NCBI RefSeq assembly: GCF_025526975.1
Contig: NW_026515673.1
Location: forward strand, 1,054,001 to 1,117,792
Direction of reading: 5' to 3'
DNA: 63,792 nucleotides
From: Fimicolochytrium jonesii
Lineage: Eukaryota
Shown: positions 23,872 through 34,466 of the stretch, one piece after another
How positions within the stretch are numbered: the first letter of the stretch is position 1
Layout of the letters: every line of letters begins with the position of its first letter
Position numbers and translations under genes: made by a program
The notes under the pieces: model-generated
The model's input: only the letters and a program-made list of their open reading frames with translations
Databases searched by the model: none
What the model was told of the DNA's origin: nothing

Positions 23872-25887
23872 CTATGAAAGCTCATCCCAACCCATCCCAA
23901 CATTCCACGCCCTCGTCTCTCCCACCCCCCACCCTTTCTTGCACCCAAACCATCCGACTCCAATCACCCTTGCATCCCTTTGTCCACCCTCTTCGGTCAT
24001 CATCTGAAAAGCCACATATCCCAGATCACCGATGAACGTCGGCGAGATGTACCACCGCGCATCACTGTTGTTAATGACTCCTGCTGGGTGCAGTATGCCG
24101 TGCCCACAGACATTGTGCTGCATCAGTCCGGGGTTCGGGTTCTCTGGGTCGTCGCCCGGGAGAAGGGGGTTGGCAGACGTCACCAGTATCAACACTCGCT
24201 GGCCCTGGGTATCAAACTCCGGGTAGGGCTTCAAGATGCAGCCGTAGGATACGTTCAGGGGATGGCCAGCGAGTAGATCGGTGTGAGGGTCCAAGGCCAG
24301 CGCTCCTAGCCCTTCTGGGAGTTGTGCAGCCGGAACAACGAGTAGAGTGGTGTCTCCCGTGGTGGAAAACGCCTGCAGCAGCCGGCGGAACGCCTCCTTG
24401 TCATCGCCCGGGGGTAGATCGATCCACCCGGCGCGCGTTGCGTAGATATCTGCCAGTTCTTGAAGACAGAATCGTCGCCCAGCACGCTCGTTGGTGCTGC
24501 GATCGTTCATGTTGCGACGCACAAGCTCTGTATAGAGGGTTCCGGCGCATGCAGATCTCCATCCCTTCTGGCGGGAATGCAAGCCGTCAATCCAATCGCA
24601 ATAGCCGGCCGACGTTGAGGTTTGGTTCAAAGGCAGTTGCCCTCGTTGGTGACCACCGCCGAAAACGACAACGTTCACCTTCGGGTACATGAGCTCTTGC
24701 AGAGAGAAGCTGTCTGAGAATTGCATGTCAATTTCCGACTTGATGTTCTCCCAACACGCCTCGATCGAGTCGCAGGTGGGGGTAACAGTTCCAGTGCCCG
24801 CGACAACATTGTGTTCAACGGTGTTATGAACCGAAATGCGAAACCAAGGCCGATGAAGCCTGCGATACCAGGGCCGCTTGCGTGCTGAGAGGGACGTTCT
24901 CAGGGCGGAAACGATTGCAGGGCACCCTAGGATGGGGATGATAACAGCACGAGCGTTTTTGAAGCGGAGAGCGCGGGTTGAGTCTATGAGAGTCTTTCGC
25001 TCGGCGTGTCTTCGCTTGGCTGGGTTGCCGACGGATTTGACTTCGTTATCCAGCCGCGGGATGTACAGGTACTTGCATTTGAGGACGCGGGCTTCGCCGC
25101 GGGCGATGCACACCAATGGTGCAGCAACCCCAAAGTCCTCGGAAAAGATGCACCCAGTCTCCCCCTTTCGCTGCTTTCCATCGCCGCAGGCGCATTGCAT
25201 GTGAGTGTGCGCCCCATTGCGTTCAGCGTTGGTCAGTGCGGCAGATGGAAGCGCCGCATAGGATGTGCTTGCGCCACACTTGAGGAGCTCGATCCGCCCG
25301 GTCTCGACGTTGATCGCACGAATGGGCTTTTGCCAGCGGCCGTTGGCTTTGTTGCCTGGGATTGCTTCGCGAATGTCGATGAAATACCAGCGAAGCACAG
25401 CGAGAGCGAAGAGCGATGCCAAGACTGCGGTGAGGATACTTCTCCCATAGCCAGCGCACAGGGTTGCCGCTGCGGAGAGGCCCAACCGGATGACAGCGTT
25501 GGATGCCTTTTCCAGCCCTGGGTTGATGATTGTCACGGGTTTCTTGACCCCAACCACATGGCGGTTTCCAATGGCTTTACGTCCGTATTTGATGTAAAGA
25601 TGAAGAAAGAGTAAAGGTGATAGCACTACGGCGAAGCCGAGCAGCACGAAGCCGGGTATGGTGGCGGTCGACAACAGGAGTTGGTCGGGAAGCTTCACTC
25701 CCGCAACCATTAACCAACTGTAAGATTGAGCATGGGGTGAGAGACTGATGGACGGAGCAAGAGACTCAATCGGACATTGAACGGTGAATGGACGCACACC
25801 GTCACTTGCTCCGATCGCGATAGAGGTTGTTGAGCTGGGTGTTCTAGGGGTACTGCGCCTCGGGAACAAGCTGCTGCCTTGCCGCAT
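23872..25887 (-). CDS. Intronless 671-aa hypothetical membrane protein with a degenerate HET-like domain
   Basis: 2-kb uninterrupted ORF. Hydrophobic segments GFVLLGFAVVLSPLLFLHLYI and SILTAVLASLFALAVL, then PIRAINVETG..YAAL..KYLYIPRL..FKNARAVII..PWYRR. Confidence 0.65.
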   Translation of the reverse strand: MRQGSSLFPRRSTPRTPSSTTSIAIGASDGVRPFTVQCPIESLAPSISLSPHAQSYSWLMVAGVKLPDQLLLSTATIPGFVLLGFAVVLSPLLFLHLYIKYGRKAIGNRHVVGVKKPVTIINPGLEKASNAVIRLGLSAAATLCAGYGRSILTAVLASLFALAVLRWYFIDIREAIPGNKANGRWQKPIRAINVETGRIELLKCGASTSYAALPSAALTNAERNGAHTHMQCACGDGKQRKGETGCIFSEDFGVAAPLVCIARGEARVLKCKYLYIPRLDNEVKSVGNPAKRRHAERKTLIDSTRALRFKNARAVIIPILGCPAIVSALRTSLSARKRPWYRRLHRPWFRISVHNTVEHNVVAGTGTVTPTCDSIEACWENIKSEIDMQFSDSFSLQELMYPKVNVVVFGGGHQRGQLPLNQTSTSAGYCDWIDGLHSRQKGWRSACAGTLYTELVRRNMNDRSTNERAGRRFCLQELADIYATRAGWIDLPPGDDKEAFRRLLQAFSTTGDTTLLVVPAAQLPEGLGALALDPHTDLLAGHPLNVSYGCILKPYPEFDTQGQRVLILVTSANPLLPGDDPENPNPGLMQHNVCGHGILHPAGVINNSDARWYISPTFIGDLGYVAFQMMTEEGGQRDARVIGVGWFGCKKGWGVGETRAWNVGMGWDELS

Positions 25888-27004
25888 TAACTACCGCCAC
25901 GCCTCCCGGGCGCCGAACGTCCTCGGGCTCGCTGATGCTCGCTCTTCGATGTTCAGCGAAAGGCGCCCCTCTCTTTCCTCGCGTTCCGGTGCCACTCCTC
26001 TCGCCAACGCTTCAACTCGCCAACGCCCTGGCGTCGCTCGAAAGCACTCTCGCTCTGACTCACTCCCTCTCACTCCCTCCCTCCAAGCACTATTTCAACC
26101 TTCCACCTGTAACTCTTACGTACCTGTAAACAGCAGCCGCGATAACAAATGAGAAAGGCTCAACCAACTCAGCAACACGCGGCGAGACCCTCAGCGGCGC
26201 ACAGGGTTCCCATTCCAATGGCGGCTGTTCTGGCCTCGTCGTAGGTAAGATGTCGAGGGTGACCTCGCTGTCAACAGGGCTGTGGGTGTTTCTGGTGTTG
26301 CTATTGGTGGTGTTGCGACACGTTAGCGGATGGCAAAATTTCTGGCTTCAGAAGTCAACGCGAACTGCTCACTTACCCTTGCCGAGCCATCAGGCCGTAC
26401 TGAGGGGTGGAGAGTGCGAAGTTTGAGCAAGGTCCGTGTTGTGGGACTCCTCTTGGGTTGTTCCCGGTGTCGGTCGCCGATATATAGCCATCTCCATCTT
26501 GCACGAGATGGGTCACTGCTGCTCCACATTCCTGCGATTCTCTTGTTCCCACGGTGTGAGGCGGTGAGGTTTCACGCAGTTCCTTGGGCTGCTGAGGCGT
26601 GCTGGAGGGGAGGGTCGGTTTTCACATGAGTCTCTCGAAGAAGGGAGACTTGGCGCAGGGCGGCAACTCCAAGTTGCCAAGTTGGCACGGCGGTGACCGA
26701 CGCCAGAAAGGTGACATTCAGCACGGAACGCGAACAAAGATCCCTTCGGGGGTGGGGCTAGGGTTAGGGTAAGACTGTTGGAAGTAGCCGGCTAAGAGGA
26801 GGACCATCAAGGAACTCTCGTATCGATGTAGCCGGTTACTTAACTCTATGTACGGGTCTATCTCTAAAGCTTTCTATGCGGGCTTTTAGGTGATGGGGCT
26901 CCGGGCATGAGCACTACCTGCGAATCGGGTCGTTAGGATAGCGTCTTTCGGGTGTACTTTTCGTATATTTGAATAACCGGCGAGTACATAGATGAAAAAC
27001 AGGA

Positions 27005-28119
27005 CTATGCTCGGGGTGTTAACACAGTCATCCTAAACGGTCCAGCGGTGGCCACCGCATGCTCCACGGCCTTATTGACATTCTCAAGCCCGAAAATCTC
27101 AATCTCAAACTGCCCCAAATCCAGCAAGCCAGCCCGCACTAGCCTTGCCAAATGCGTCGGCGCATCGACCGAGTACATCCACTGTCCTTTCAAGGTGATA
27201 CAATTCCGCATGATCCACGGGTAAGGAATCTCCAATCCGGGCCCGCCAAGCATGCCGACGCCGCCCATGAGCACCACTCTGCCATATGGTCGGACGGCCA
27301 TGATCGCCGCCCGCACCGGCATTGGTCTCGCTGAGGGCGGCAGGATGTCCAACACGCAGTCAATAAGGGCCCCTGCTGCCTGCATCATATTTTCACGGTC
27401 GTCGTCCTCAACGCCAGACAAAACACACGTTCGCAGAAGAGATCCGAACCTTTTCTGGAGGTCCGCCAAAGCGTGTTCGTTGCGTCCCGGTGCAACCACA
27501 CGCCCGGCCCCCATAGCCATCGCGACGGCTACCGCCGCGCTGCCGAAGCTCCCCGTCGCGCCGCTGATCAATATCGTTTCGCCTACGCGCAAGCCGGCGG
27601 CAAGCAAGCCCCCATATGGAACCAGCAGGATACTCATCGCGCACCACCGTGGGTCTCACATTCGTCAATCTCCCCAATGGCTGTACAGTTCTCCGTCGGC
27701 AACAGCATCTGTTCCGCAAAGGACCCGTTCTTGAAATATTTCTGGAGTTTCATTCCGCCCTCCTCTCGCGCGCTCAAGCCCTGCAAAGTGATGTCCGGCA
27801 CCAAAGCATCGTCGCGGCTCCGGATTGTTGGATCGCAGAACACCCAATCGCCCACTTTCAGATGAGTCGCATCGGGTCCGACGGCGTTGACGCGGCCGAT
27901 CGCCGCAGGGCCGGGAACGCATGGGAGTTGGAGGAGGTACTTGCGGGCGCCGCTGAGGACTTGATTGAGGTAGGGAACAATGAGGGTGGCGATGATCTCA
28001 ACAATAATGTCGCCGGTGCCGAGAGTTGGGGTGGGGAGGAATTGAAGAAGGAGGTCGGAGCCGAATGATGTGAGAACCGCGGCGCGCATTGTGGTGGTTA
28101 ACGCTTGGGGTGGGATCAT
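27005..28119 (-). CDS. GroES-like/MDR alcohol dehydrogenase-family oxidoreductase, bacterial type, intronless; 1-nt deletion near 27650 splits it into two ORFs
   Basis: MRAAVLTSFGS..PCVPGPAAIGRVNAVGPDATHLKVGDWVFCDP..GSFAEQ, then ..VPYGGLLAAGLRVGETILISGATGSFGSAAV (Rossmann)..GRVVLMGG. Adding one C to the CCC run restores ETPRWCAMSILL. Confidence 0.9.
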
Positions 28120-28175
28120 TCGGAGTACGCGAGATGTTTGACTTTCACGATGGCAAGAAGAGTGAATTGCTCGCC

Positions 28176-28182
28176 TTTTATA
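28176..28182 (-). promoter_or_regulatory. Probable TATA box (TATAAAA) of the dehydrogenase gene
   Basis: TATAAAAGG on the minus strand about 60 nt upstream of the first ATG (28119). Confidence 0.5.
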
Positions 28183-29428
28183 GAGAGGTAGGCTCAGGGT
28201 TGGCGTGGAGTGGCATGCCGGCTGTTCAAATCCGAGTCCCTAACTCTAAACGTCGATCTCGAACTTGGCATCCGAAAATGCTCCACACACTGCCACACTC
28301 CGAGCTCTCTCGGCAATCCATTGCCACCGCATCGCTCAGTATGATTTCGGAATCTGATCGCTACTCCGGAGTCCCGTCCACCAGCCGAAAACGTGGCCAT
28401 AAGGCAGCAACCGAAAGCAGTCCTCTGCGGTTATTCCTAATGCGATCCACGACGGGACACAGTTTAGTTCTCGGTTAGCTTATTCGCTAGAACAAACGAC
28501 CTTCCTTCCACTCCTCGAGCCACCACGGACAACCACCACTCGTTCCTCCGGTGTTCGGGCGCGGAAGCGGGCCATACGTACTGTACTGTACCTACTCCTG
28601 CCATCGAAACCATCTTCGACGGGAGCAGAACCCGTGTTGTCGAAAGTTCCGACAGCCTTAGACGCGCTGGGCATTGCTCACGGTGCTAAAGTGTGCGTAT
28701 CGAGCTGGTGTTGCTGGATTGTTCGTTTGTCGTCCGTTTCGGTGATATGATATTCGGACACTTTGACAGGCACAGCTTTTTCATTGAGCTTCATTGAGGG
28801 ACGCGTCAGAGTGGGTGTCGGGTAACGGATCAGCGTCCTGATCAGCGTCTCACAGCACAACACGGGCACCCCCCCCGCAGGATGATCGAGGACCTTTCCG
28901 ACGTGGGAATCATTCAGTTCCTTTGAATGCGTCCAGCATACAGTATCATATTCTCAAAACGGTGTGGGGCTGCTGAGCGTGGTGGTTCCCACGAGAGTGT
29001 TCAGAAGGAGATGGCGCGCAGGGCGGCGTTGGCAATACAGTGTAACGTGTAAGTTGGCGCGCGAGGACGCGTCGCAATCAAATTGTCGTGCCTCACACTG
29101 TCAAAACCCGTCAAATAAGAGCTATTCCCTACAACTTTAATCGCGCCCATCTTCTCTTCCGATGACCTCTGACATGAGGGCCGGCGCCTGCACAACACCG
29201 GCCGCAACAAACCGATTCACTTTGTGCAAACCAACGGGCCAGGATTCTTCACAGCAACGTGCTTCCCAAAAGTATATGAAGTACTTGGACAGTATGTGGG
29301 GCGGGGAGTCTCACTGCAAGCTCCTCACGCCATTCACCATCATCGCTGAGAAAGGGTAAGTGAAGGCGCCTCCCTCATCGTCGACAGCTGCCCGCTCACA
29401 CTCACTACTTCCACCTCGCTCTGCATAG

Positions 29429-30421
29429 ATGACCGACCAAGAAACCAAGGTTCCCAGGCCAACCCAGGAAGCCGGCCTGATCAGAGGAGCGGGCTCCCTG
29501 TGCTTAAACCTCCTCTTGCTGGTGGCTGCTCTTGCGGGCCTCGCGTTTCTTATCATGGCCCTTCCCTTGTTGACGCACGCCATGCACGATGATAGTCGAT
29601 GGGAGTGGAAGGCTTCCGCTTGGAAAGGAGAGCACCACGTTCGCGATATGACAAAAGCGGAGGCGTTTTGGGATCAATTCTACGACATTCGCTCGGTCCA
29701 AGGCGCCAAGGTGCATGTATTTGAAGGCAAGCCTCCCGTCGCCGGATACCTCACTCTGCCGACCGTGCCAGTCGGCTGCAGCTCGGACGACGATCGCCAG
29801 TCTCGCATGGAGTTTGAGCTCGGTCCGGGCGGAAAGCTTCAGTTCAATTGGACCGACGACGCCTCCCTCTCACCCGGCCAAATCCGCATCGAACAAAGTG
29901 GTACCGGAGAACATCGTGGAGGTGAAGATATCGACCCGATTGCCTTGTCACGCAAAGGGGTAAACTCCTACGAATTCGTCGACGAGCTCCAAGCAGTACA
30001 ATCTATTTGGGTGACCATTCGGTCCTCCGTATTCGATCACCCGTGTCCGGCGTCTTTCATTGTGAACGTCACTGCATCGGTCGTCCAATACGATCTGACC
30101 AAGGCCAAAGACGCAGCTGTCATCGGCGGCCCAGATGTCCCCGGCACCGTCAGCTTGGCGTTTCTCAAGCAGCAAAGCATCGTAGTCGATTTCACCAACG
30201 CCCAGGTTGATACACTTCGCATTACCGTTCCGACTCAGATTCAGCTGCGAAGGCGTCTCGCCTCCGCTATCCTTGTCGGGTGCGCCATCAGCATCACCAT
30301 CCTCGCATTGTTGTTTGCAATCTACTGGGCCGCCGGTAGCGGTTGCGCCAGGCGCAAATACCGAAACATCGCCACCCAGTATACCGACCTGAAGAAAAAG
30401 GGGCCGTTTACGGAAGTTTGA
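29429..30421 (+). CDS. Intronless two-TM membrane protein with a ~240-aa luminal beta domain (APD1-4 middle-domain-like), no RING
   Basis: 330-aa ORF. TM LCLNLLLLVAALAGLAFLIMAL and TM AILVGCAISITILALLFAIYW. Motifs VFEGKPP, FELGPGGKLQFNW and VNVTASVVQYDLTKA resemble APD-type proteins. Confidence 0.6.
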   Translation: MTDQETKVPRPTQEAGLIRGAGSLCLNLLLLVAALAGLAFLIMALPLLTHAMHDDSRWEWKASAWKGEHHVRDMTKAEAFWDQFYDIRSVQGAKVHVFEGKPPVAGYLTLPTVPVGCSSDDDRQSRMEFELGPGGKLQFNWTDDASLSPGQIRIEQSGTGEHRGGEDIDPIALSRKGVNSYEFVDELQAVQSIWVTIRSSVFDHPCPASFIVNVTASVVQYDLTKAKDAAVIGGPDVPGTVSLAFLKQQSIVVDFTNAQVDTLRITVPTQIQLRRRLASAILVGCAISITILALLFAIYWAAGSGCARRKYRNIATQYTDLKKKGPFTEV

Positions 30422-32119
30422 GTTCCCCTTGATTCCCTCGGTGTATGCTTTTTTTGTCCGTTCACCTTGTCGTGTTTCTATAGAATGCGGCATCAGGATG
30501 GTAGCGGCTCATATGCAATTTAGGTTCCCCTCGGCGTATGCTATTTTTGTCTGTTCACGTTGTCGTGTTCCCTGTATACATATACATGTACTGTACATAC
30601 AACAATGCCGGCATCAGGACAGTAACACATTATCATCGGTTGGGGTTGAGGACGTCTGAGGATGCATGTCCCAACCCTAACCCTAAGTACCAAAGAGTGG
30701 GCGCCCTGATTATTCTGAGGTTCTGCGACATCTCGCTTTCGTCACTGCCGCAGCTCAATCCCTCTCTCCGTCGACCCCCTTTGCATCCCGCGAACAGCTG
30801 CGTGCAAGTAGCCTCAGCAGCCTCGAGCATGTTACTGGGTTCGACGTCTCGTTCACGACCGAAAAGCTGGAGGAGATCGAGCCGGTGGCCAACGCGAGAT
30901 TATTGTTGAAAAGCGAGCTGGATGCTGAAGACTTGGATTACTTCTAGGCCCGTCCCCGTCCCCCACGATTCCCCTATTAGTGGGCGGTCCACCGCATATT
31001 TTCATCAACGCCCCCTTGGCGAGCGAAGCGGGATGCGAGGAAGGGAGGAAAGCACGTCGAGGGTGGGAGACAATGCCCGCATACAAAGAGAGTGGCCAGC
31101 GGGTGCTTCACACAAGAGGAAGCGGATGTCTGTCTATTGGTGGAAGCGGCAAGCGTGGCGCAGGTGGTGCTTGAAGTTGACAAACGATAGGCGAGTTAGC
31201 AGGTGGCTGACTGGACTGCCAGCAGGCGAGGGCGAGGGAACCACGCAGCGTTCGGTTAAGATACCTATGCCAATGAGCGGACCTGAGCACATGGGCATTG
31301 GTATCTTTCAACCTGACCAGAGGGAAGTTGTCAGAATCGGCCGTTGCGCTGCGGGTTTTCCTGCAACGTAGCTCTTGCATACAAACAACAACAGTCAGCC
31401 TACCGGTCGTCGAGTGCGAGGTGACAAGGTGTAGCAGGAGATGCACACTTCAAGAGAGTCGGAAACGCCGTGCGCGTGAATTTGTTTTTCGTTGTGCCAT
31501 GGACCTGAAGAGAAGCTGAGCTTTATTGATTCAGGCTTCCACATCGTCGCGGGGAGGGGCCAATTGAAGGCCGAAAGGTGCTTGAGGTCCATGTATTTGA
31601 GGGACAGAATTCAGCGTTCCTTTTGACAGCTACGGGCCACTGAGCTGCCCCGAATTCGCCGCAAGGGCAGAGACGGCTCCTACCACATTACAGGATTCCC
31701 CTCACCCCTCACTACGAAAACTCAACCTAGCGGGTCCGGTAAATATGGCCATACCCTGCCCAAAACCTAGCATCATTTTGCTAACCACCGCCAATCGCCT
31801 TTGCGCTATCATCCTTGCCGCCAATGGTCCCGTTCGGTCAGGAGCTGTGGGGATGTTCCCTCCGTGTTGTGTTGTGGATGAGTGGTCCTTCTCCCGCTCC
31901 CTGTACGCCCTGCTAGTATTCTACATGTAGCCACTGCCCCCGTATGTATATTGTGAAGCTTTGATTATAGAAGCAGGCAGGCATACAGGTAGGGGCCGTG
32001 TCCCATAAACCTAGTCTTGGTCTTCCACAAGTAAAAACAGCATTCTTTCCCGCATTGCGGACAGAGTACGGCGTTCAGGCCGAGGAATCACCATATAACC
32101 TTAAGTGCTGAACCCTTAG

Positions 32120-33923
32120 CTAAACCCGACAATTCCCATCTGGAGTCCACTTCTCGCTCCCGACACAGGACAGACACGTGAGAAGTCCTCCAGGATCCAC
32201 TTTCTCCTTGATCTGCTGCAACCGCTGAAGATGGCTCCCAAACGCGAGCATCTGCGCGTGTTGTTCCAACGGATCTCCTTCGTTCAGATAGAACCCCAAC
32301 TCGTCCTTGCTCTTCGGTTTTACAAGGTCTTTGAACGCGTCAGGATTCGCCGCGTTTAGTACAGAAGTGTGGACGAATGCTGTTCTCCACGCGGGATGGA
32401 CTGCGTTGAAGTCCTTCGAGACTCTGGACACCGCGCCACCGGCAACCAAATGGGTGATGAACAACGTCGAAGGCCCTCTGCTTTGGATATATGCCTGGGT
32501 GATATTCTCGATAGGGATCGAGCGAGGGATCAGGCGGGAAAAGGAGACGCTGGGGGGATCCGCGTCCGACGAGTTGGATTGCCCAAGGTTGGTCGTGGTG
32601 CCGTTGTAAAGTTTGAAAAAAGTTGAAATCGGGTAGGCCGGTGAGATGGGTTGGAGAAGGTCCGGGTGCTTGGACTGAAAGTCGCTCAGGGAGGCGAGTT
32701 CTTGCGTTGCTTCCGCGTCCGTCTTGTTAGGTGCAAACAGGATGCCAAGGAAGCGGGTGTCCAACATGTAGAAGTATCCTCCCCAAGCATGACGATTCAG
32801 GTCACGCAACAAAGTGAAAAAGTTGTTCAGGAAGAACGTCGTATCCGCCACATTGTTCATAGTTGCATTTATGGAGGTGAGATGCATGCTGGGTGTGGGA
32901 AAGGTGTGCAGCGTCGCTTGGATCACGACACCGTAAGTTCCACCTCCTCCGCCGCGTAGCGCCCAGAAGAGGTCCTTCTCCTGAAAAATGGTGTGGGGAA
33001 GACGGTAAGCATATGGAGGATCGGAAAACATACATCCAGGCCGCGCTAGTAGACCAATTCGGTAGAAGCCAGCACATACACAAGATCCAACATACCTGAC
33101 ATTCATTTGCCGTCACCATGTGCCCGTTGGCCAACACAACGAGGAATTCCAACGCATTATCCGCGGCCATCCCCTTATAAGGTCCAAGCGCAGAATGACC
33201 CCCGCCTTGCAAGTAGCCCCCTACAACCCCAACCGTAAGAGCCTCTCCAGCAACGAGTGCCAAACCCCTCTTGTCGGCGGTTTCGTAGAGTTCGTGCAGA
33301 ACAACGCCGGAACCAACCGTTACCGCGGTGCCCTTTGATTTGGAGCACTTTGTGGGCACGAACGCATCATGAAACTCCATCTTTTTCAAGTTATGCATCC
33401 AGAGAGACAGGGAGCCAGCAGCAGTACTCCTTCCGTGGAAATCATGACCAGTTGACCTGATGACGACTCTCAAATTGTGTTTCTTGGCAAACTTCATCGT
33501 CTTCGAGACTTGCGCGGCGGACGTCACGTTAACAGCGTAGGTCGGGAGATTTCCATGTCCACAGGGGGTGCTTTTCGGCGTCCAAGGGGAACAAGTCGAG
33601 TTACCCAAGGACTCATCAGCGGGATCCTGGAGCGTTCCGGGTTGCGCCACCCTCCAGAACGGGTTCATCCAGTCATCGCGAATCGCTTGGCACACGTGTG
33701 CGTCGTAGTGCGGGGCATGGCAGGCCTGCGCAGTGGGGTTGATGCTGAGGAGGGCGCCGGAAATGGAAGAATTGAAAGCTGTCCACACACTCTGAGAAGG
33801 CCAGCACGGGTCCGAGGAAAGGCAGCGGCAGCGTTGGTGGTGCGCGTGAGGGCTGCTGAGAACGTATGAGGGCAGGCCCAAGGACACAAGCCCGGAAGTC
33901 AAGATGAGGTACCACTTGCGCAT
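32120..33923 (-). CDS. Secreted FAD-linked oxidoreductase (berberine-bridge/VAO family), 2 exons
   Basis: Signal peptide, CRCLSSDPCWPS, RSTGHDFHGRS (flavinylation His), VGVVGGYLQGGGHS, DLFWALRGGGGGTYGVV, BBE-like YLNE..LQQIKEKVDP. Intron 33095-32981. Confidence 0.93.
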
Positions 33924-34466
33924 ATTCCGGTATGTATGAGGGGTTGATGTCGTCGGGTTGACCTGAGTTCACTAGTCGGGCAACGAGCTGACTGTCCAGT
34001 CTTTGTTGCAGCTTTTATACTACTACTACTGTTCACAATTATTTTATCCGTGCAAAAGCATGTGTATGCGCATAAATATGACAGAACAACAGCTTGAACC
34101 AACAACGCACGGAGGCCGACGGAGCGTCGGGGGACATCTGCCTGCCACGCAACCAGCCTTGGCACCTTCCCTCTGCCTGCGTCCCTAAAGGGTGCTTGAA
34201 CGTCCCTGCACGGCGGATCACTGTCAGAACGCGAGTAAGGACCCGTCAATAACTGACGTAATTGGGCGGAGGCTCTCAGTATTTACACCGACTCTCAAGG
34301 CCTGCATCACACTATAAAAGTCCTTTGACATACTTACTTTGATCTCGTCCACGAAGGCAATCAACCCGTGTGGCTACGACTTACATGAAACTGGATCAAC
34401 AGCGAGGAAAACTCCAAAGAAATTGAACCGTGCCATTTTCGTACTGTACGACAACGAGGAGCGCTA

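Noticed and set aside
28170..28190. GCCTTTTA resembling U5 snRNA loop 1
   Set aside because: Lacks the conserved following C and flanking stem; better explained as the minus-strand TATA box.
30671..30686. Telomerase RNA template (CTAACCCTAA)
   Set aside because: Sequestered in a local inverted repeat, and no pseudoknot-type U/A-rich elements were recognisable.
31745..31800. GGCCATACC resembling a 5S rRNA start
   Set aside because: Similarity does not extend beyond 9 nt.
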